From: Cetorhinus maximus
Taxonomy: Eukaryota
Direction: 5' to 3'
NCBI RefSeq assembly: GCF_964194155.1
Contig: NC_135879.1
Location: forward strand, 26,040,001 to 26,104,000
DNA length: 64,000 nucleotides
Shown: positions 11,938 to 26,026 of the stretch, one piece after another
Layout: every line of letters starts with the position of its first letter
Numbering within the stretch: the first letter of the stretch is position 1
Made by a program: the position numbers and the translations under genes
Notes under the pieces: generated by a model
Seen by the model: the letters and a program-made list of their open reading frames with translations, nothing else
The model's database searches: none
Told to the model about the DNA's origin: nothing

Positions 11938-14306
11938 CTCTCTATCAGCATTAAGCTCATCCAGGTCAGGTATATCAGGGATTTGATGCAGAGTAAAAAC
12001 TCCCTCCACTCTAAGCGTGAATTTAACTGCAATTCGAAGAAGCACCTTGTGCACCATTGTGAACTTTTCCATTTCACATACCCCTTATGCCCTCACTAAA
12101 TAAAATTGCTTGTTATGCACTGCTGAAATGCAGACAGCTTTGACTGTGCTCTCAAGCCCACTTGGGACTAGTTTGAAACTGCCCTAATGTTCTATCTTTA
12201 TAACTAGTACAGAGGGGAGACGTCTGCTGCAGATCCTGGAGTGGATTGAAGCCTGGTCACAAAAGGTGACGGGACATTTGGCCGCCTAGCTCACAGAAGT
12301 ACTTTGATATTCCGCGGCATGGCTGACAAGGTCCAATTTAGGGGGGAAAAAAAGCTTCCCAGCTTATTATTCTGTGTTGCACTGTGTTCTATTTTGGGCC
12401 AATGCGGTCCTGTGAATTTAATATTTTGTCCCTACTCAGGAGGTCTTCAGGATGGCAAAGGAAATATTCTACATAAATCGCATGAAGCGAATACTCAACA
12501 AACAGCTCTCAAATGCAGAATTTATTGCACTCACGAGAAATACCTTAATAAATCACTTGGAATTTCACCACATAAGATAATCGAGCCTTCTTCACTGAAG
12601 GAATCAATTCTACAGAGTCTTTTACGGACTATTTATTTATAGAAATATATATGTACTGATGTTTACACATTTATAATAATAGATTAACTCCTTTTAAAGG
12701 TTGACATTTCGCTAGAGACCAGTGTGGTATTTGTCTATGTAAACAGCCAATAGACAAATCTCCACAATGGCACGGCCAATTTTTCCATTGACTAGCTGAA
12801 CTCTACAGATCAGGAAAGTTCCAGGTTTGATCCCCAGTTCATGCTGTGTCATATGACTGCATTCTTGATAGCATTAAGGATTGGTCTCAGTGCCTGAGCA
12901 GCAATTCAGCATTATCAGGAGAAGGGAGGGGGAAGTGCTAAAAGAAAAGCAACCACTTTGCATTTGTAAAGATAAAGATGGGTTAATTGGTCCACGGTCA
13001 GCGTGGTCATTATGCTTCCAGCTAAATCTACGCACTTAAGCAGCACATGCTGAGGTTTCACCATTTATTTTCGAGGTTTTGGCCTGTCTCCTGTGGACGT
13101 TATAACAGGAGGCCAGGAAAACTCCCAGAGAACCTTTCTAAAATAATCTGTATTTAAAGATGTTCCTATTGAGCATGCTGAATGTGTACACTGGTACTGT
13201 TGAGACTGTACTTATTAAGTATAAACTTACTAAGTGTTTATGTGTTTAAAAAATATGCACTCAGTGCATGGTTGCCAGCAATATTTGCAAAATATATTGT
13301 TCCTTAGTTTATATTTTTGAAGTATGTTTTAGCGAAGAGCATACTTATTAAGTGCACAGCTGTTAATTGATACTTTTTGAGATTATATATATCTACCTGC
13401 ATACCAGTTTATTATAGAGTGGAGCTTTTCCATCCCGCCCATGGCAGGTTTCGTAGTGGGTGGGAGCGGAGAATCCAATGGCAGGCAAAAAAGTCAGAAA
13501 TTCACCGTCGTAAGAAGGGCTTGCAATTCTCCCGATGGTGGGTTTATGGCAGGTCAGATAGCCCCCGACTAGTGGCGCGAACGCCATTTTCATTCATTAA
13601 CATCTCACGAAAGCACATTGAAACAGCTGCTCGCTGAAATCTTGTCACGCCTTTCAATCTTGCATCACACCCGTGGGAAATCACGTCAGCCTCAAACCCG
13701 TTTGAAAAGGGGTGGCGTGCACAAGTCGGACCTCAGTTCACTGGTAACTTCGAGGCGAGTGCAACATACACAGCCTACCTGCCATAGCTCTGCGCCGGTC
13801 TTGTTGAGATGAACACGGCACTGCTGGGGCTGTAGGGTTGGTCTGCTCCTTCTCTTTGCCTACATTGCCCTGAAGAACACCATTGTGCTGTGGTATTCAT
13901 GCAGGCCTCCACTTTCAGAAACTAGCACTTCAACCGGGGGTGGGCTGGGAGATGAGGGTCGGGTTGATGAACACCAAGTGGGCAATGGGGAGGGAAGATT
14001 ATGGAATGGCAGTGAGGGGGAAGGGCAAATAAGAGGGGACATTTCTGCGGTCGCCCTCTAACTTTTTGTTGCCACAGGAGTCTGCTTAGAAAGAAAGTAG
14101 GAAGACCTCCTTGCGATGAAAGCCACTGAAAGCCAATGACTTCATTAGTACTGTTAAAGGGCTACTCAGAACTCAGTGGCTTCACATCACAGTTGCTGAA
14201 TCTCAAGAGTAACACATAGGAATTTAGAATTTGGGAAAGCAGGCAATAGCGAAGGAGGCACAGCTGTATCTTATATGGCATTCCAGCAATGAAGGCCTGT
14301 CACGTG

Positions 14307-14510
14307 CTTGGAAATATATCACGTTCCTTCACTGTTGCTGGGTCAAAATCCTGGAACTCCCTCCCTAACTGCACTGTGGGTGTGCCTACACCACATGGAC
14401 TGCAGCGGTTCAAGAAGGCAGCTCACCACCACCTTCTCGAGGGCAATTAGGGATGGGCAATAAATGCAGGCCTAGCCAGCGAAGCCCACATCCCATAAAT
14501 GAATTAAAAA
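14307..14510 (+). mobile_element. HER1-like LINE 3' fragment nested in the Harbinger
   Basis: GGGTCAAAATCCTGGAACTCCCT...GGGATGGGCAATAAATGC tail, same family as 2101-2300. Confidence 0.85.
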
Positions 14511-14819
14511 ACTGATTGGTCATTAATATGCCACATCAGAGATTGGAGCACAGAGATAGATTGGGTCACTCATCTCAATTAAACTGTAGCATCCCATGCA
14601 GGGCTTAAGATGTTACACATCTGCGATGCCATCTTGGTCACCTCAATGTGTGTGCTAGTGTCTCAGGGACAAGGCGGCATCAGCCACCATGCAAGTAGGG
14701 CAGGAAAAACTATGGACCCTTACAGTTTCCATACATTTCATCTTCTGATCAAGGGGCTTTCTTGCCCCTTGAATCATTAATGTCTTCAATTTTTCAGTTC
14801 AGAGAGAAGGCAAAAGCGC

Positions 14820-16019
14820 ATGTGGATCCAGGGCTCAATGCTGCCTTTATCAGGGTCCTAATGCAATGGAGGAGATGAGGGAGGGAGAGGCGACTCCGTG
14901 TGTAGCACCAGCAGGAGGGACATGGTCAAGCAGAACCACAGCACAAACAGGAGGGTCAGGAAGAGAGACCCAGACAATGGAGGTGACTCGCCAGACCTAG
15001 GGTTTATCATCCAAGAGTCTCCTATTTACAAATGAGCGAGAGGCACTGCCGTGCACGTCTGTGCTTGTCTCGAGCTCTGGTACATCACATATGCCACATT
15101 CTTTGTGAAGACCTGAGGCCACATGGAGTTGGAGGGTATCCCCGTGCCAGTGGCATTGAAGGTGGCCACAGTGCTCAATTTCTTTGCCTCTGGGCATTTC
15201 CAGGGATCAGCAGGGGACCTGTGAGGCATCCCTCAGTCCGCAACTCATCAATGCATAAAGGAGGTCAGAGATACCCTTTACAGGAAGGCCCATCATTTTG
15301 TCAGGTTTGCTCTGGACCAAGATAGCCAGGCTGCGAAATTAACCGGCTCCACCACCATCTCAGGCTTCTCAAGATTGCAAGATGCAATAGCCTGCACCAT
15401 GTGGCTATACAGGCTCCATAGCAGCAGCCCCTAATGTTTATAAACCACAAGGGCTACCATTCCATCAATGTACAACTGGTGTGTGATCACTGGAAGCACA
15501 GACTGCACCTTTGTGCACCGTACCCTGGGAGTTGCCATGACTCCTACATCCTGAGTCACTCCCAGGTACCTGAGATTTTTGAGGGGCCATTACATCTGCA
15601 GGGATGGCTGCTTGGGGATAAGGGATACCCACTGAAACGCTGGCTGACGACACTGGTGCATTGCCCTCAGAATCATTCTTAGGAGAGGTACAACGCTGCT
15701 CACAGCTCCACATGCCCCCTCAGAGAGCAGAACATAGGGCTTCTGAAGATGCACTTCAGATACTTGGACCGCTCAGGTGGTTACTCCAATACACTCCCGA
15801 CGGAGTTTCCCGCATCATCATAGTGTGCTGCGCCCTTCACAATCTGGCTATGAGGAGAGGTGACCCCCTGCCAGAGGATGAACTGGGGGAGGGCGAGAGC
15901 TCATCGGAAAACAAAGATCTGGACGCCCAGTCACCTCAGGAGGCCCCTGAGAGTCAGTATGAGTGCGTGAGAGATGTGCCTGTGATACGTTAATTGCTGA
16001 CAGGTTCCAGGAAGAGTAA
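14820..16019 (+). pseudogene. Harbinger (HARBI1-like) DDE transposase, disrupted
   Basis: Fragments YPVPVALKVATVLNFFASGHFQGSAGDL, FINHKGYHSINVQLVCD, YPGSCHDSYIL, WLLGDKGYPL, IIIVCCALHNLA, with several stops and frameshifts. Confidence 0.9.
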
Positions 16020-16719
16020 AGTTAAGTGAGGGAATATGGCCACATCTCTCCTAGCCCTCAATGCCATTCCCTTTCATCTCAGGGGATGTCCAACCACTTG
16101 CAGCGAGAACGAGTCCTGCATTCACACTTGCACGTTCTGGCCTCATGAATTGCCAGGCCATGATCTATGCTTTGGTCTATGAGACCCTGTGAGCGAGCAC
16201 ACTCTGGGAACTGAGAGTCCACTGAGGAACAAGAGCAATGCAGGAGAAGACTTGAAGCCTTCTCCACCATCTAATGATGCAAACTGTGACTGAGATGTGG
16301 ATATGCCTAGGGATCTCCTCCTCCTGTGCATATCTTTTCTTCTGCCACTAACACTGAGGAGACACAAATGCCGATCGATTATAAATGCTGATGAGCTGCC
16401 CTTGCTCAATGGTGTTCCTTGAGGAAGGAGGGTTAGAAATGCCTATATCACACACTTCAAATAAAGATTTAAACACATCTCCCTGACATCACACAAGGGT
16501 GCGGAGACTAGTTCAACCGAGGTTGACATCATAGCAATGTGAATCTCACAGTGGGACACTGTCACTGAGTGGGAGGATGGCTGAACCTCGAAATAAGAGG
16601 ATTCCACTGTACAAAAGTACAACGCCTTCAGTTGACAAAACATTCACATAACCATCAAATGTATTCACAAAAGAGCAATTTCTTTACATGTCTAGAACAC
16701 CCATGACCCAAAAGTGACA

Positions 16720-18526
16720 TCAATTTTTCTTAAGTTTCCTAACTCTACCACTACGCCTGGGTGCAGCCCTGATACCCACAGCAGAGGTAGAGACAGCCTG
16801 CTGACTGCTACGTCCTGATGTCTGAGATGACCTTGCTGGACATCCTCTGGTGGCCTGAGGCCTAGAAAAGGGCCTCCTGCTCAGGGACCGAAGCGCCTTG
16901 GGCAGCCTGAGAAGCTGGAGTGGATGGGGTCACAGGCAGAGGGGGCTGTGAGCGGTTGCACACCCTTGGAGTGTCCTGAGAGGAGGCCCCCAGGGTGTCT
17001 GACTGATGCTCATCCCTCCTGAGGGCCCCGCCTTGATCCCTCAGGAGATGGTCCACCCACAGGGATGTCACTTTTGTGAATACATTTGATGGTTATGTGA
17101 ATGTTTTGTCAACTGAAGGCGTTGTGCTTTTGTACATTGGAATCCTCTTATTTCGAGGTTCAGCCATCCTCCCACTCAGTGATAGACCCCACATCACCTA
17201 CATCCTGATGGTGCCCACCAGGGTGTGTGGCCATGGAGTGCAAATCTGGCACCCCTGCTGGACCAAGGTCTCAATGATGGCTGCCAGCCTTCCCTCGGTG
17301 ACCATGAGGCGCTTGCATGTTGGAGTCACGACATCAGACAGAACGTGGACGGACTCCTCTATCATTCGCTCTAGCCTGCTGAGTGACTATTGAACCTCTG
17401 CCTGATGTTCCACCGCCTATCGCTGCGTCTCCAGCATTGAGTTGCCAGCCACTCCCAGAGGCTCATCTTCTGACTTGGACCGAGCAGGTGGCTAGTCTCC
17501 ATCAACCCTCTGAGTGCCTGAGACCGGGGCTGTCCCTGCTTCCGACTACAGTGGGGATGTGTCAGTGAGGTGTTCCCCAGAAAGTGAGCCCAAGCCTAGC
17601 CTACAGCTGTGCCCCACCGACATGTGTGTCTCTGAACTGGTAGAGGGTGTGTGTGAGTGCCATGACGGTTCTTCCAGAGCTTCCTCTTCAGATATGGTCT
17701 GTGGGCTCACTCTGGTGCTGGACTGGCTTGGGGGCCTCGATCTGCTGTTGCCTAGAGAATAGAAAATAGGTTTTCAGTTGATGAGCATGAGCTATATAAG
17801 ATTGCATGTGAGTCACTGTGAATGTCAGGACTTGATGAAGTGATGGAGCTGTGGTCTGGGTTGCTGGGAACTATCCCTGTCCTCCCCAGCCAGCTCAGCT
17901 GCAGCCCCCTCAAACTCACTGAGGGCAATGCTGTCAGCTGTCCCTCCCCCAGTCTGCACTCTTTCTCTCGCGCCTGCTGTGTGCCAGCTTGGCCTGTATG
18001 AAGACAAAAGAAAGGCACGTGATGAGAAGGGGTGGAGCAGAGGTTGGGTGAGATGCATGTTCCCCATGTATGTGGTGAGCCCTCCCCAGAAGGGCCAGAG
18101 GATGGAGGGTGAACAACATGATAGATGGGATGGTGGTGATGTGAAAGTCTTGGTGAGAGAATGAGTGTTGGTATGTGTCCCCCGCTAATGGTTGTGTGAG
18201 ATTCCTGAAGAGAGTAGCCGTTTGAGTGCATGATGCCATGATGAGAGTTTGATATTGGAGGGAGTTGAAGGATGACTTACCCTGGCGGAGCGGATAAGAT
18301 CATTCATCCTCTTCATGCACTGGGTGGCATCTCGTGCGCAGTTGCGCTGACTTGCTGCGACAGCCTCCAAGGGCAAAGAGGTGAGGCTGCTGCACTTCCT
18401 GCAGCCATCCCTGGGATGCAGGGCTTGCCTGTATACCTGCATCCCTCTGATCAAGGCCTGGTGGGTGAAGTGGAGTGCTGCCTCTTTCTTGAGGCTTTTG
18501 GCCTTCCTCTTCTGGCTGCGAGACAT
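16720..18526 (-). pseudogene. Harbinger Myb/SANT-like DNA-binding gene, spliced, disrupted
   Basis: Exon 1 18526-18281 reads MSRSQKRK...RDATQCMKRMNDLIRSAR then a gtaagt donor. The next exon follows ttcatacag and starts at 17993 (AKLAHSRRER..QTGGG with a frameshift). 3' boundary approximate. Confidence 0.75.
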
Positions 18527-19375
18527 CTCTGCACATGCCCGCAAGACAGGTGGGCTGGAGAGAGTGAGATTATGCGTTGGTCTGGCCTTTAAGTCTGGCG
18601 CCCGGACATTCGAACCCACCAGCTGATGCCAGGCGGACGAATCAGCTCCCGACCCACCAGGCGATGCGGCCCGATGCTCATCTGTATATAATTAATGACC
18701 CTCCAAGCGCGTTCCCGCCATTCCGGCCAGCGGGGTGGGCACCGCCCAAACTGCCCGCCACCCGCACTTAGTCTCATAAATGGAAGATTCCGCCCGTAGA
18801 GTTTTATTTAGTCCACAGATCTGCCTTCACTCATTTCTATAGATAAAGCAGTGACAATTCTGCAGATCAGGAGGTGGAAGTGCAGAGGGACAGGAGCTCA
18901 CCTGCTGTCCTGCCTCTGGCCACCAGGATGGGGTCATTTAAATGTGCAAAGGCTTTGCCAGTGCCAGTAGTGGCGCAGCAGAGATGCACACCCACTGAGG
19001 TGTCAGAAAGGTGCCTTGTCCTTCTGAAAGGGGCTTCCCAGGCCTAAAGTTAGCCACAGAAAAGTGACAGCGTAAGTTTACTGATTCGTCTTCAGGGAAT
19101 GGATGGCCATTTTGATGAAGGTAGTCAATCTCTCATGTCTTGGCCATTTGATGGTGGGTTACACTGGCCTCCTGCAGAGTTGCAATGGGAGATTAGGAAT
19201 ACCTTCGCAAAATTTCAGCAGCACTAAGGTTTCTTTGCTCTTTGCTTCCACTTGCTGTTTTTCTTATTCTTGTTCACATGGAAATGAAAATTTAAATCCA
19301 AAACACGAGCATTAATATAACTAGTTAAGCCATTAACAGTATAGGATTGATTTTAACTGCAATCTGATTGTTTAG

Positions 19376-19479
19376 ACCTTTGCAGAGCGATTGATGGGCA
19401 AGTTCTCAATAGCCGTGCCAATTTTTGTCGCTCTCTCCTGCTTTGGTTCTATGAATGGAGGCATCTTTGCAGTTGCCAG
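19376..19479 (+). CDS. SLC7A11: SLC7A11 coding exon (human exon 8 equivalent)
   Basis: tttag acceptor, gtaaga donor, 104 nt. Encodes [35 protein letters not shown]; in phase with the flanking exons. Confidence 0.95.
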
Positions 19480-19982
19480 GTAAGAAATCAGTTCATTTAC
19501 AGGTTTTGTAAATGTGTCAGAAGAGCAGGAAAGAACCAATGTGAACCCATAAATTAAGAGTGAAGAAGACATTTTTTATGCTCACAAAAACAAGTGGGCC
19601 ACTTCACAAAATTTTGCATCATGCACACAGTAAGTTCTTGCTTAACATCGACTCACTTAACATTGTTTCATTTTAACGTCATTAATGAAGTAGTGTCAGT
19701 ATATCCATTTAAAGTTGCCAGTTTCACTTTAACATCGTCTGCCACAGACTTCCTCTTCTGTGGCCTGTCTGCTCACATGACATTTCCCGCTTCGCCTTTG
19801 CCTAGAGTGCCACTCCCTTCCACTCCCGGCCTTCCTGACTCTCACTCTTGCTCTGTTCTTACCTTAGCCCTCAGGGTCTGTTCTTCAGCCGCTTCCAATG
19901 TCTGGCTCCTGACCTCTGGCTTTCCTTCTGAATTCGCACTGACATCCTGGGCTCCATTTAGTGGCAGAGGTGACAGTAGTCA

Positions 19983-20626
19983 CAATCAACATTCCGGAGG
20001 TTACCATTGACCAGAAACTTAACTTGAACAGCCATATAAATACTGTTGCAAGTAACTCACGTACTGACTCCCCAAAGCCTGTCCACCATATACAAAACAC
20101 AAGTCAGGAGTGTGATGGAATTCTCTCCACTTGCGCGGAAGAGTGCAGCTCCCACAACACTCAAGAAGCTCGACACCATCCAGGACAAAGTAGCCTGCGT
20201 GATTAGCACCCCATCCACCACCTTCAACATTTGCTCTGTCCACCACTGACACACAGTGGCAGCAGTGTGTACAATCTACAAGATGCGCTGCAGCAATTCA
20301 CCAAGGATCCTTTGACAGTGCCTTCCAAACCCACGACCCCTATCAACAAGAAAGACAAGGGCAGCAGATGCATGGGAACACTACCACATGCAAGTTATCC
20401 TCCAAACCACACATCATCCTGACTTGGAAATATATCACTGTTTCTTCATTGTCGCTGGGTCAAAATCCTGGAACTCCCTTCCTAACAGCACTATGGGTGT
20501 ACCCACACCACATGGACTACATTGAGTCAAAAAGGCAGCTTAGCACCACCTTCTCAAGGGCAGTTAGGGATGGGCAATAAGTGCTGGCCTAGCCAGCAAC
20601 ACCCATACCCCGTGAAAGAATATAAA
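19983..20626 (+). mobile_element. HER1-like CR1 LINE 3' fragment
   Basis: TIYKTQVRSVMEFSPLA..LKKLDTIQDK peptide plus the shared 3' tail. Confidence 0.85.
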
Positions 20627-23279
20627 ATGTCAGGACTTCAGCTGCTACCTGCACTGACCAACTTCTGTCACTAGATGGAGCCTTATCAATCTAAAAGTAC
20701 CATGTGCTGAGGTAAGTACTGTAATTTTTTAAAAGAATTTAATTGTATTGTATATTGCATTTCTTTTATACTTAGCGATGTATTTATTTTGCAAATTATT
20801 CCAGCTAGGATTGCACAGTGCCGCACGTGTATGGTACAGTATTTCAACACGTACATTCTTTTTTCTTGGCAAGTAATGTCCGAAGGAACTTAACTCTGGC
20901 TTTAACGCTGATTCCTATGGGAACCTATGACTCATTTAAAGTTGCTTCACTTAAAGTCGTGATTCTCAGGAACGCAACCACAACTTTAAGTGAGGACTTA
21001 CTATACTTTAAAGTAATTGGAATCTATGTCTATTGTACGATATTATACTTAAAAATAACATTTCTTTAAAATTATATGACCCTGGAATTCTATGGTTACG
21101 ACCATTTCAGCCATTCAAAAGACCAAGCAGAAGCCCTAAAAAAAACTAAGTTAATGGCCATTTTCAGCCTAGTGATTAGTCATGCAGAATATCAGGATTT
21201 ATGTACTTAACAGTTTAATGGTTTACAATCGCTATTTATCATCATGGTAATAAGTTTTGTTTAATTGCCCATTTGTTACTATTCTCTGCCTGAAACTTTA
21301 GCCTCTCCAATTATTCCATCCCCTCCACCACTTGTGTCTGGGACAAGAGAATGGGAAGCTATCTTATTCCCATGCTAAGATTCTGCCACTCTTGGTTGTC
21401 AGTTTGGAAGTTCCATGGCAATAGCCCAATATGAATCATGCTTCATTTCCACATGTGTTGTGGTACGAAACTATCTGTCAAGCTGTCAACTTCCAACGAC
21501 GGCAATCCAAATTTATTATTGTCAGTTTGGTTCACAGTTTACTGGCTGTTTTGTTACAAAATATCAATTATTGTTTCAAAGTAAAAATGTGATAAGGTCT
21601 AACTAATGTCCCTATTTGCACAGCTAAAAGATTTCAAACAATGTTCAAATTTCTGAAGCTTAGATTGTTCCAGGGTCAAACTGTTATGCAAAGGTATGCA
21701 AATGTGATTTAGTAATTGTAAAATCAAGATTCTGAGTGAGTATTCAAGCAGTTTTACAAAATAGCTTTTCTGCTGATTTCACAATTATCTGATGAACATT
21801 AGACAGTAAAGTATTCAAATGAGATATGCGGCCAATGTGAGGGTGGTACAGCGATACACTTCACATTCTGCTGAGAAACAATTTTGAATCACAATGACAA
21901 GGGATCCATTGTCATTCAGTTTTCACAGTAGTCCAGTTTGGCAAACATTAATTTCTTTAAAGATTAACTTAAAATATTTTAATAATGGATTAACATTTGT
22001 AAGTGTTTCTTCATGATAGCTTTGTGCAGAATCTTCCATCTATAAAAAATATGCAAAATTTACCAATTACTTTAATTACTGACCAAACTCTAGAGGTACT
22101 GTAAATGTTTTATTGCTGTAAGTTCAAAATCTACATTAATCAAATATTATGGTCCCTTCTAGGTAGGCATAAGCTTTCCAAAGAATTTGGTTGCCTCCGA
22201 TTTTCCCCCTAAATTTTGTGGATGCATGTCAATGCACCAACCCAGGACATACCATGTGGTGCAATGAACAGACCATGCACAACCAATGTTCCCTTTAAGG
22301 TATGCAGGAGCAGACCTTAAATTTATTGCAGATTTTGTTAAGATAAAGAAGCATTGCTTGCCAAGAAAAATGAATTCAAATAAAGGGACCAGTCTTTATA
22401 TGATATCTTGACATATCTTCATATCAAGGAGCAACAGTCACATATTAAAGGAAACTAAGAAAACATTTTTTTTATAAAGTATTTGGTATTTTCCCTGTCA
22501 GTTAAGAATGTATATTACATTGCCCTGATCATTTGGTGCGTTTTTATGGTGAGCGGATGTGCAGAATAGGATGATCTCTAGTTTCAGTTGCAACCTGTGC
22601 TGATTTGGCCAATCGCAGCCAGGGATGTGACAAGGGCAAGTTAATTGGCCTCACTGCCAGCTTTAAAATCCGGCTTAAAAAGGCAACCATACATTCCATT
22701 AAGCTTCTAAACCAGATGCTGAAGAGTTTCACTGTCACTCTTCTGACAGTGGCCCTTTTACTCATGGCATCCAGTGTAGCTTCTCATGCATAATAATCTG
22801 ACTAAATAAGTTAGCTGTAACATCCCTCGCACTTTGATTATCTTCTATTGGCATCCTTTAGTGAGACAACCTCCTCCTTTAACAATATCCAATAATGTTA
22901 TAAAAGTAGCAGCAGGACCAAGGGGGAAATCAGTTGCTTTTTTTCCCTCGTGGAGTCAATCAAATCACATTAGAATTTCTCCTGAAGTACTAAATAAAAT
23001 TCCTCCATATTATAAGCAGCTGAAAAAAATGATCGAATGTTAATTTATTGCAGACTGAGTTATTTGTTGTATGTTACTCAGAAATAAATGAGGTGGCTGA
23101 GGTGAAGGAGATTGCATGTGACATATTTAAGCTAAACTTGTTAAAGCCTGGCGACCAATGGTTGCTTTTAAAAAGAGAGCTCAGAATGTCACTAATAATC
23201 TGCGCAGACTCTTAGATATTGCATTGGCATCTGCTAGTTAACAGAGAACATAATCTGTTGTATCTCTTTAATCAAATAG

Positions 23280-23376
23280 AATGTTTTATGTTGCTTCGCG
23301 AGAGGGTCATCTTCCTGAAATCCTGTCCATGATCCATGTTCGTAAGCATACGCCTCTTCCAGCTGTTATCGTGTTG
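23280..23376 (+). CDS. SLC7A11: SLC7A11 coding exon (human exon 9 equivalent)
   Basis: aaatag acceptor, gtaaga donor, 97 nt. Encodes [32 protein letters not shown], nearly identical to recalled xCT. Confidence 0.95.
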
Positions 23377-23477
23377 GTAAGAAAGCATCTCCAGTCATTT
23401 AAGTGTGTATTCATCTGACTTCCAACCTCTTAGTTGTCAATTTCACATCACAACATGACTTTTCATGCAGAAATATT

Positions 23478-24140
23478 GGCCGGATTTTCACTTGCTGGAG
23501 AGGTTGGGAATGGGTGAGAGTGTGATTTAAAAAATCACGGTCCGGGAGGGCATCTCTGAATCCCAAAGCCTTCGGGACACACTCCAATTTTCAAAGTGAG
23601 GGCAGGGGGGGGATAGAATGGGGAACCCACTCACCTCCAATTAAGGACACATTAAGCTCCTTTTGGAGCTTGTTACTGGGCCGGGGGGGATATTGTGACT
23701 GAAATTTTCAATGGTGAATTCGGTGAACCCATAAGTCTGGTCTACGTTAGTACACAGTTGTCAGATTCAAATTGGGTTGGAGAGAAAGCTTTATTTATGA
23801 ATTGAAAATTATCAGGCCCTGGGGGATCTTGCGTTGTATTGCGCACATTACCTCTGATCTGGTTGCTTGGACGCTTTCTTAAGCGTTTATGCTATTGGCT
23901 CTCTTGGCAAGGCAGCCACATCATGACTGCCACCTACCTTTGCCACTCGTGCTGTGCAGGCAGCTCCCACCTCCTCAGGAGACTGAGCCCCACTAATTGA
24001 ACACTGAGCTCGCCTCCTGCCGAATTAGGCCATTAACGTTTCAAAACGGTGTGGCAGGAGCAACACAGTCAAGGCTTGGGGTCGGGACCCGGAACTTAAT
24101 CTGGATGTCGGATTCCAAGCCCTGTTTTGAAAATCCAGCC
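23478..24140. mobile_element. Harbinger-type MITE
   Basis: TIRs GGCCGGATTTTCA / TGAAAATCCAGCC; flanks ATT/CTT. Confidence 0.7.
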
Positions 24141-26026
24141 CTTAAGCTCTCTATTACGAACTGGGGGGTTAGTGTTTTTCGTTGACTTTGCATGTAGTTG
24201 GCAAAGCTGGAATAGAGAAAATGTGAAAAGTATATAAGTACCAAGAGCATTTTTTTTTAGAAAGAAAAGAAAGCAAGAGGTACCTTTCATAATTCAATCT
24301 GTTTTCACTGGCACTGAGATGGCTCATTTATACTGGATGCCAGATTCAGCAACAATAGGACAATGGCACAAGCTTGTGACCAACAACCACAGGGGATGAT
24401 CTTTCTGGTTAGGCATGGAAGACGTTTACCTGTAACCAGACCCAAAGTGACTGTTCTGATGGTTAGTGCCACCATTACAGGTGGTTTAGTGTTGCTGCTA
24501 CCAATACTTTGTGTTGGAGAATATATCCCGCACCTCGCACTTGATTCTAGAATCATAGAAAACTGCAGCCCAGTAATACGAATGAATTATATCCAATTTA
24601 TTTTCTAAGAATATAAAGAAATACGTGCTGTACTGAATTAGATGCTGGCCTTTCAACTCTGACAGGTTTGAAAGCTGGCCAACTAAACTAGAATGAAAGT
24701 ATGGTGGATGTCTTAGCTGGCTAGAGTGCTGTAGGAAATTAATTGAAGTATCTCAACCTAATAGAATGAATACAGCACAAATTTAATTTGGCACTAAATT
24801 GAAAATCTCATATAGATTTCAGGAGCAAAATCAGGAAGCAGTTTTACACACAAAGGTTTTTGAAACCTGGAGTGGAATCGTGTACCCTCTCCCGATGGGA
24901 GTTTGGTGTCGGAGGGGCATTTAATTAGGTTGGACCCCACTACCTTCCTGCCTCCACCCAGCTTAGGTCTGGGGCTGCCCTGCAACCAATTGAGGCCATT
25001 ATTAATGCCCAGTTAAGGGCCTTATCCCGCCGCCATTGGTATTAACCCAGAGTTGAATCAGGGGTTCACCATGTGGGGAGCCTGACAAGCAAATACGATG
25101 TGGGCTCCCAGAGCAGTGGTGCCTTGTTCAAATGCACTCAGTGCCTGATCAAGGGACCCGGCATTGGTAAGGGCTGAGGGCAGTGGAGGGCTTGGGGCTT
25201 GGGGCGTGGTTGGGGGGAGGGGGGAGCGCCAGTTGTGAGTCATCCTCCTGCTCTTGCTGCCAACTACCCTCCCCCCTCTCATCCCCCATGATCTCCACAC
25301 TGTGACCCCCCCACCCCACCACCTCCTGAGATCAATCATCTGATCCGAGACGTCGGATGGGTGTTGTACCAGCAGCAGCCACCATCTTCCTGGTGGCGCT
25401 GCTGAGTACAGAAGAATGGAAGAGCTGCCGGCCTCTGATTGGAGTTGAGCCGTGATCTAATTGAATGGTAGGGCAAGCTCAAGGGGTCGAATGGCCAATA
25501 CCTCATCCAAATATTCTTATGTTCCTAAAGGCCATTGGTTGCTTAATATGAATACAATTCACATCGGGCAACCTGGCCGCCTGGGAGCAAGCATTCCTTA
25601 AACGGGCTCTTTAATAAAGGAAGACTCAAGATAGATAAGGGAGAAGATGCTTATTGACAGTTGGAATATCATCCTTAAAAATACTGGGCTCACAAGTAGA
25701 GGATGAATGTTAGGATATGGAAGGTAAGAAGTTCACAACACAAGCAATAATTCACCCTACCCTTCAGTACTTTGCACTTATGATGCTGAATAAATCTTGA
25801 CACTTGAAGTTCTGCTACCTGAGAATGTGCTTCACTTATCTTCTGTTCTATATTGCTTGTATTACCCTTGGGCATTTCAGATCTTTAATATGTGAAAAGA
25901 TAATGAGATTAAGACTGGAAAAATATCTTAATTTAACATGCCAATACAATATTTTGTCTTATCTCATCCTAAATCCTGCTGAATCTCTTCCAGCCTTAAA
26001 TTTGTTTAAACCTTCATCTTTTGCAG

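Larger units (their letters stand above)
13417..18795. mobile_element. Near full-length decayed PIF/Harbinger DNA transposon (~5.4 kb) in the intron between exons 7 and 8
   Basis: Degenerate TIRs GAGTGGAGCTTTTCCAT / ATGGAAGATTCCGCCC; flanks ATA/GTA; convergent transposase and Myb-like genes. Confidence 0.85.

Noticed and set aside
14820-16019. Domesticated HARBI1 host gene
   Set aside because: Multiple stops and frameshifts, first catalytic Asp lost (AIACT), and still flanked by TIRs and the Myb partner.
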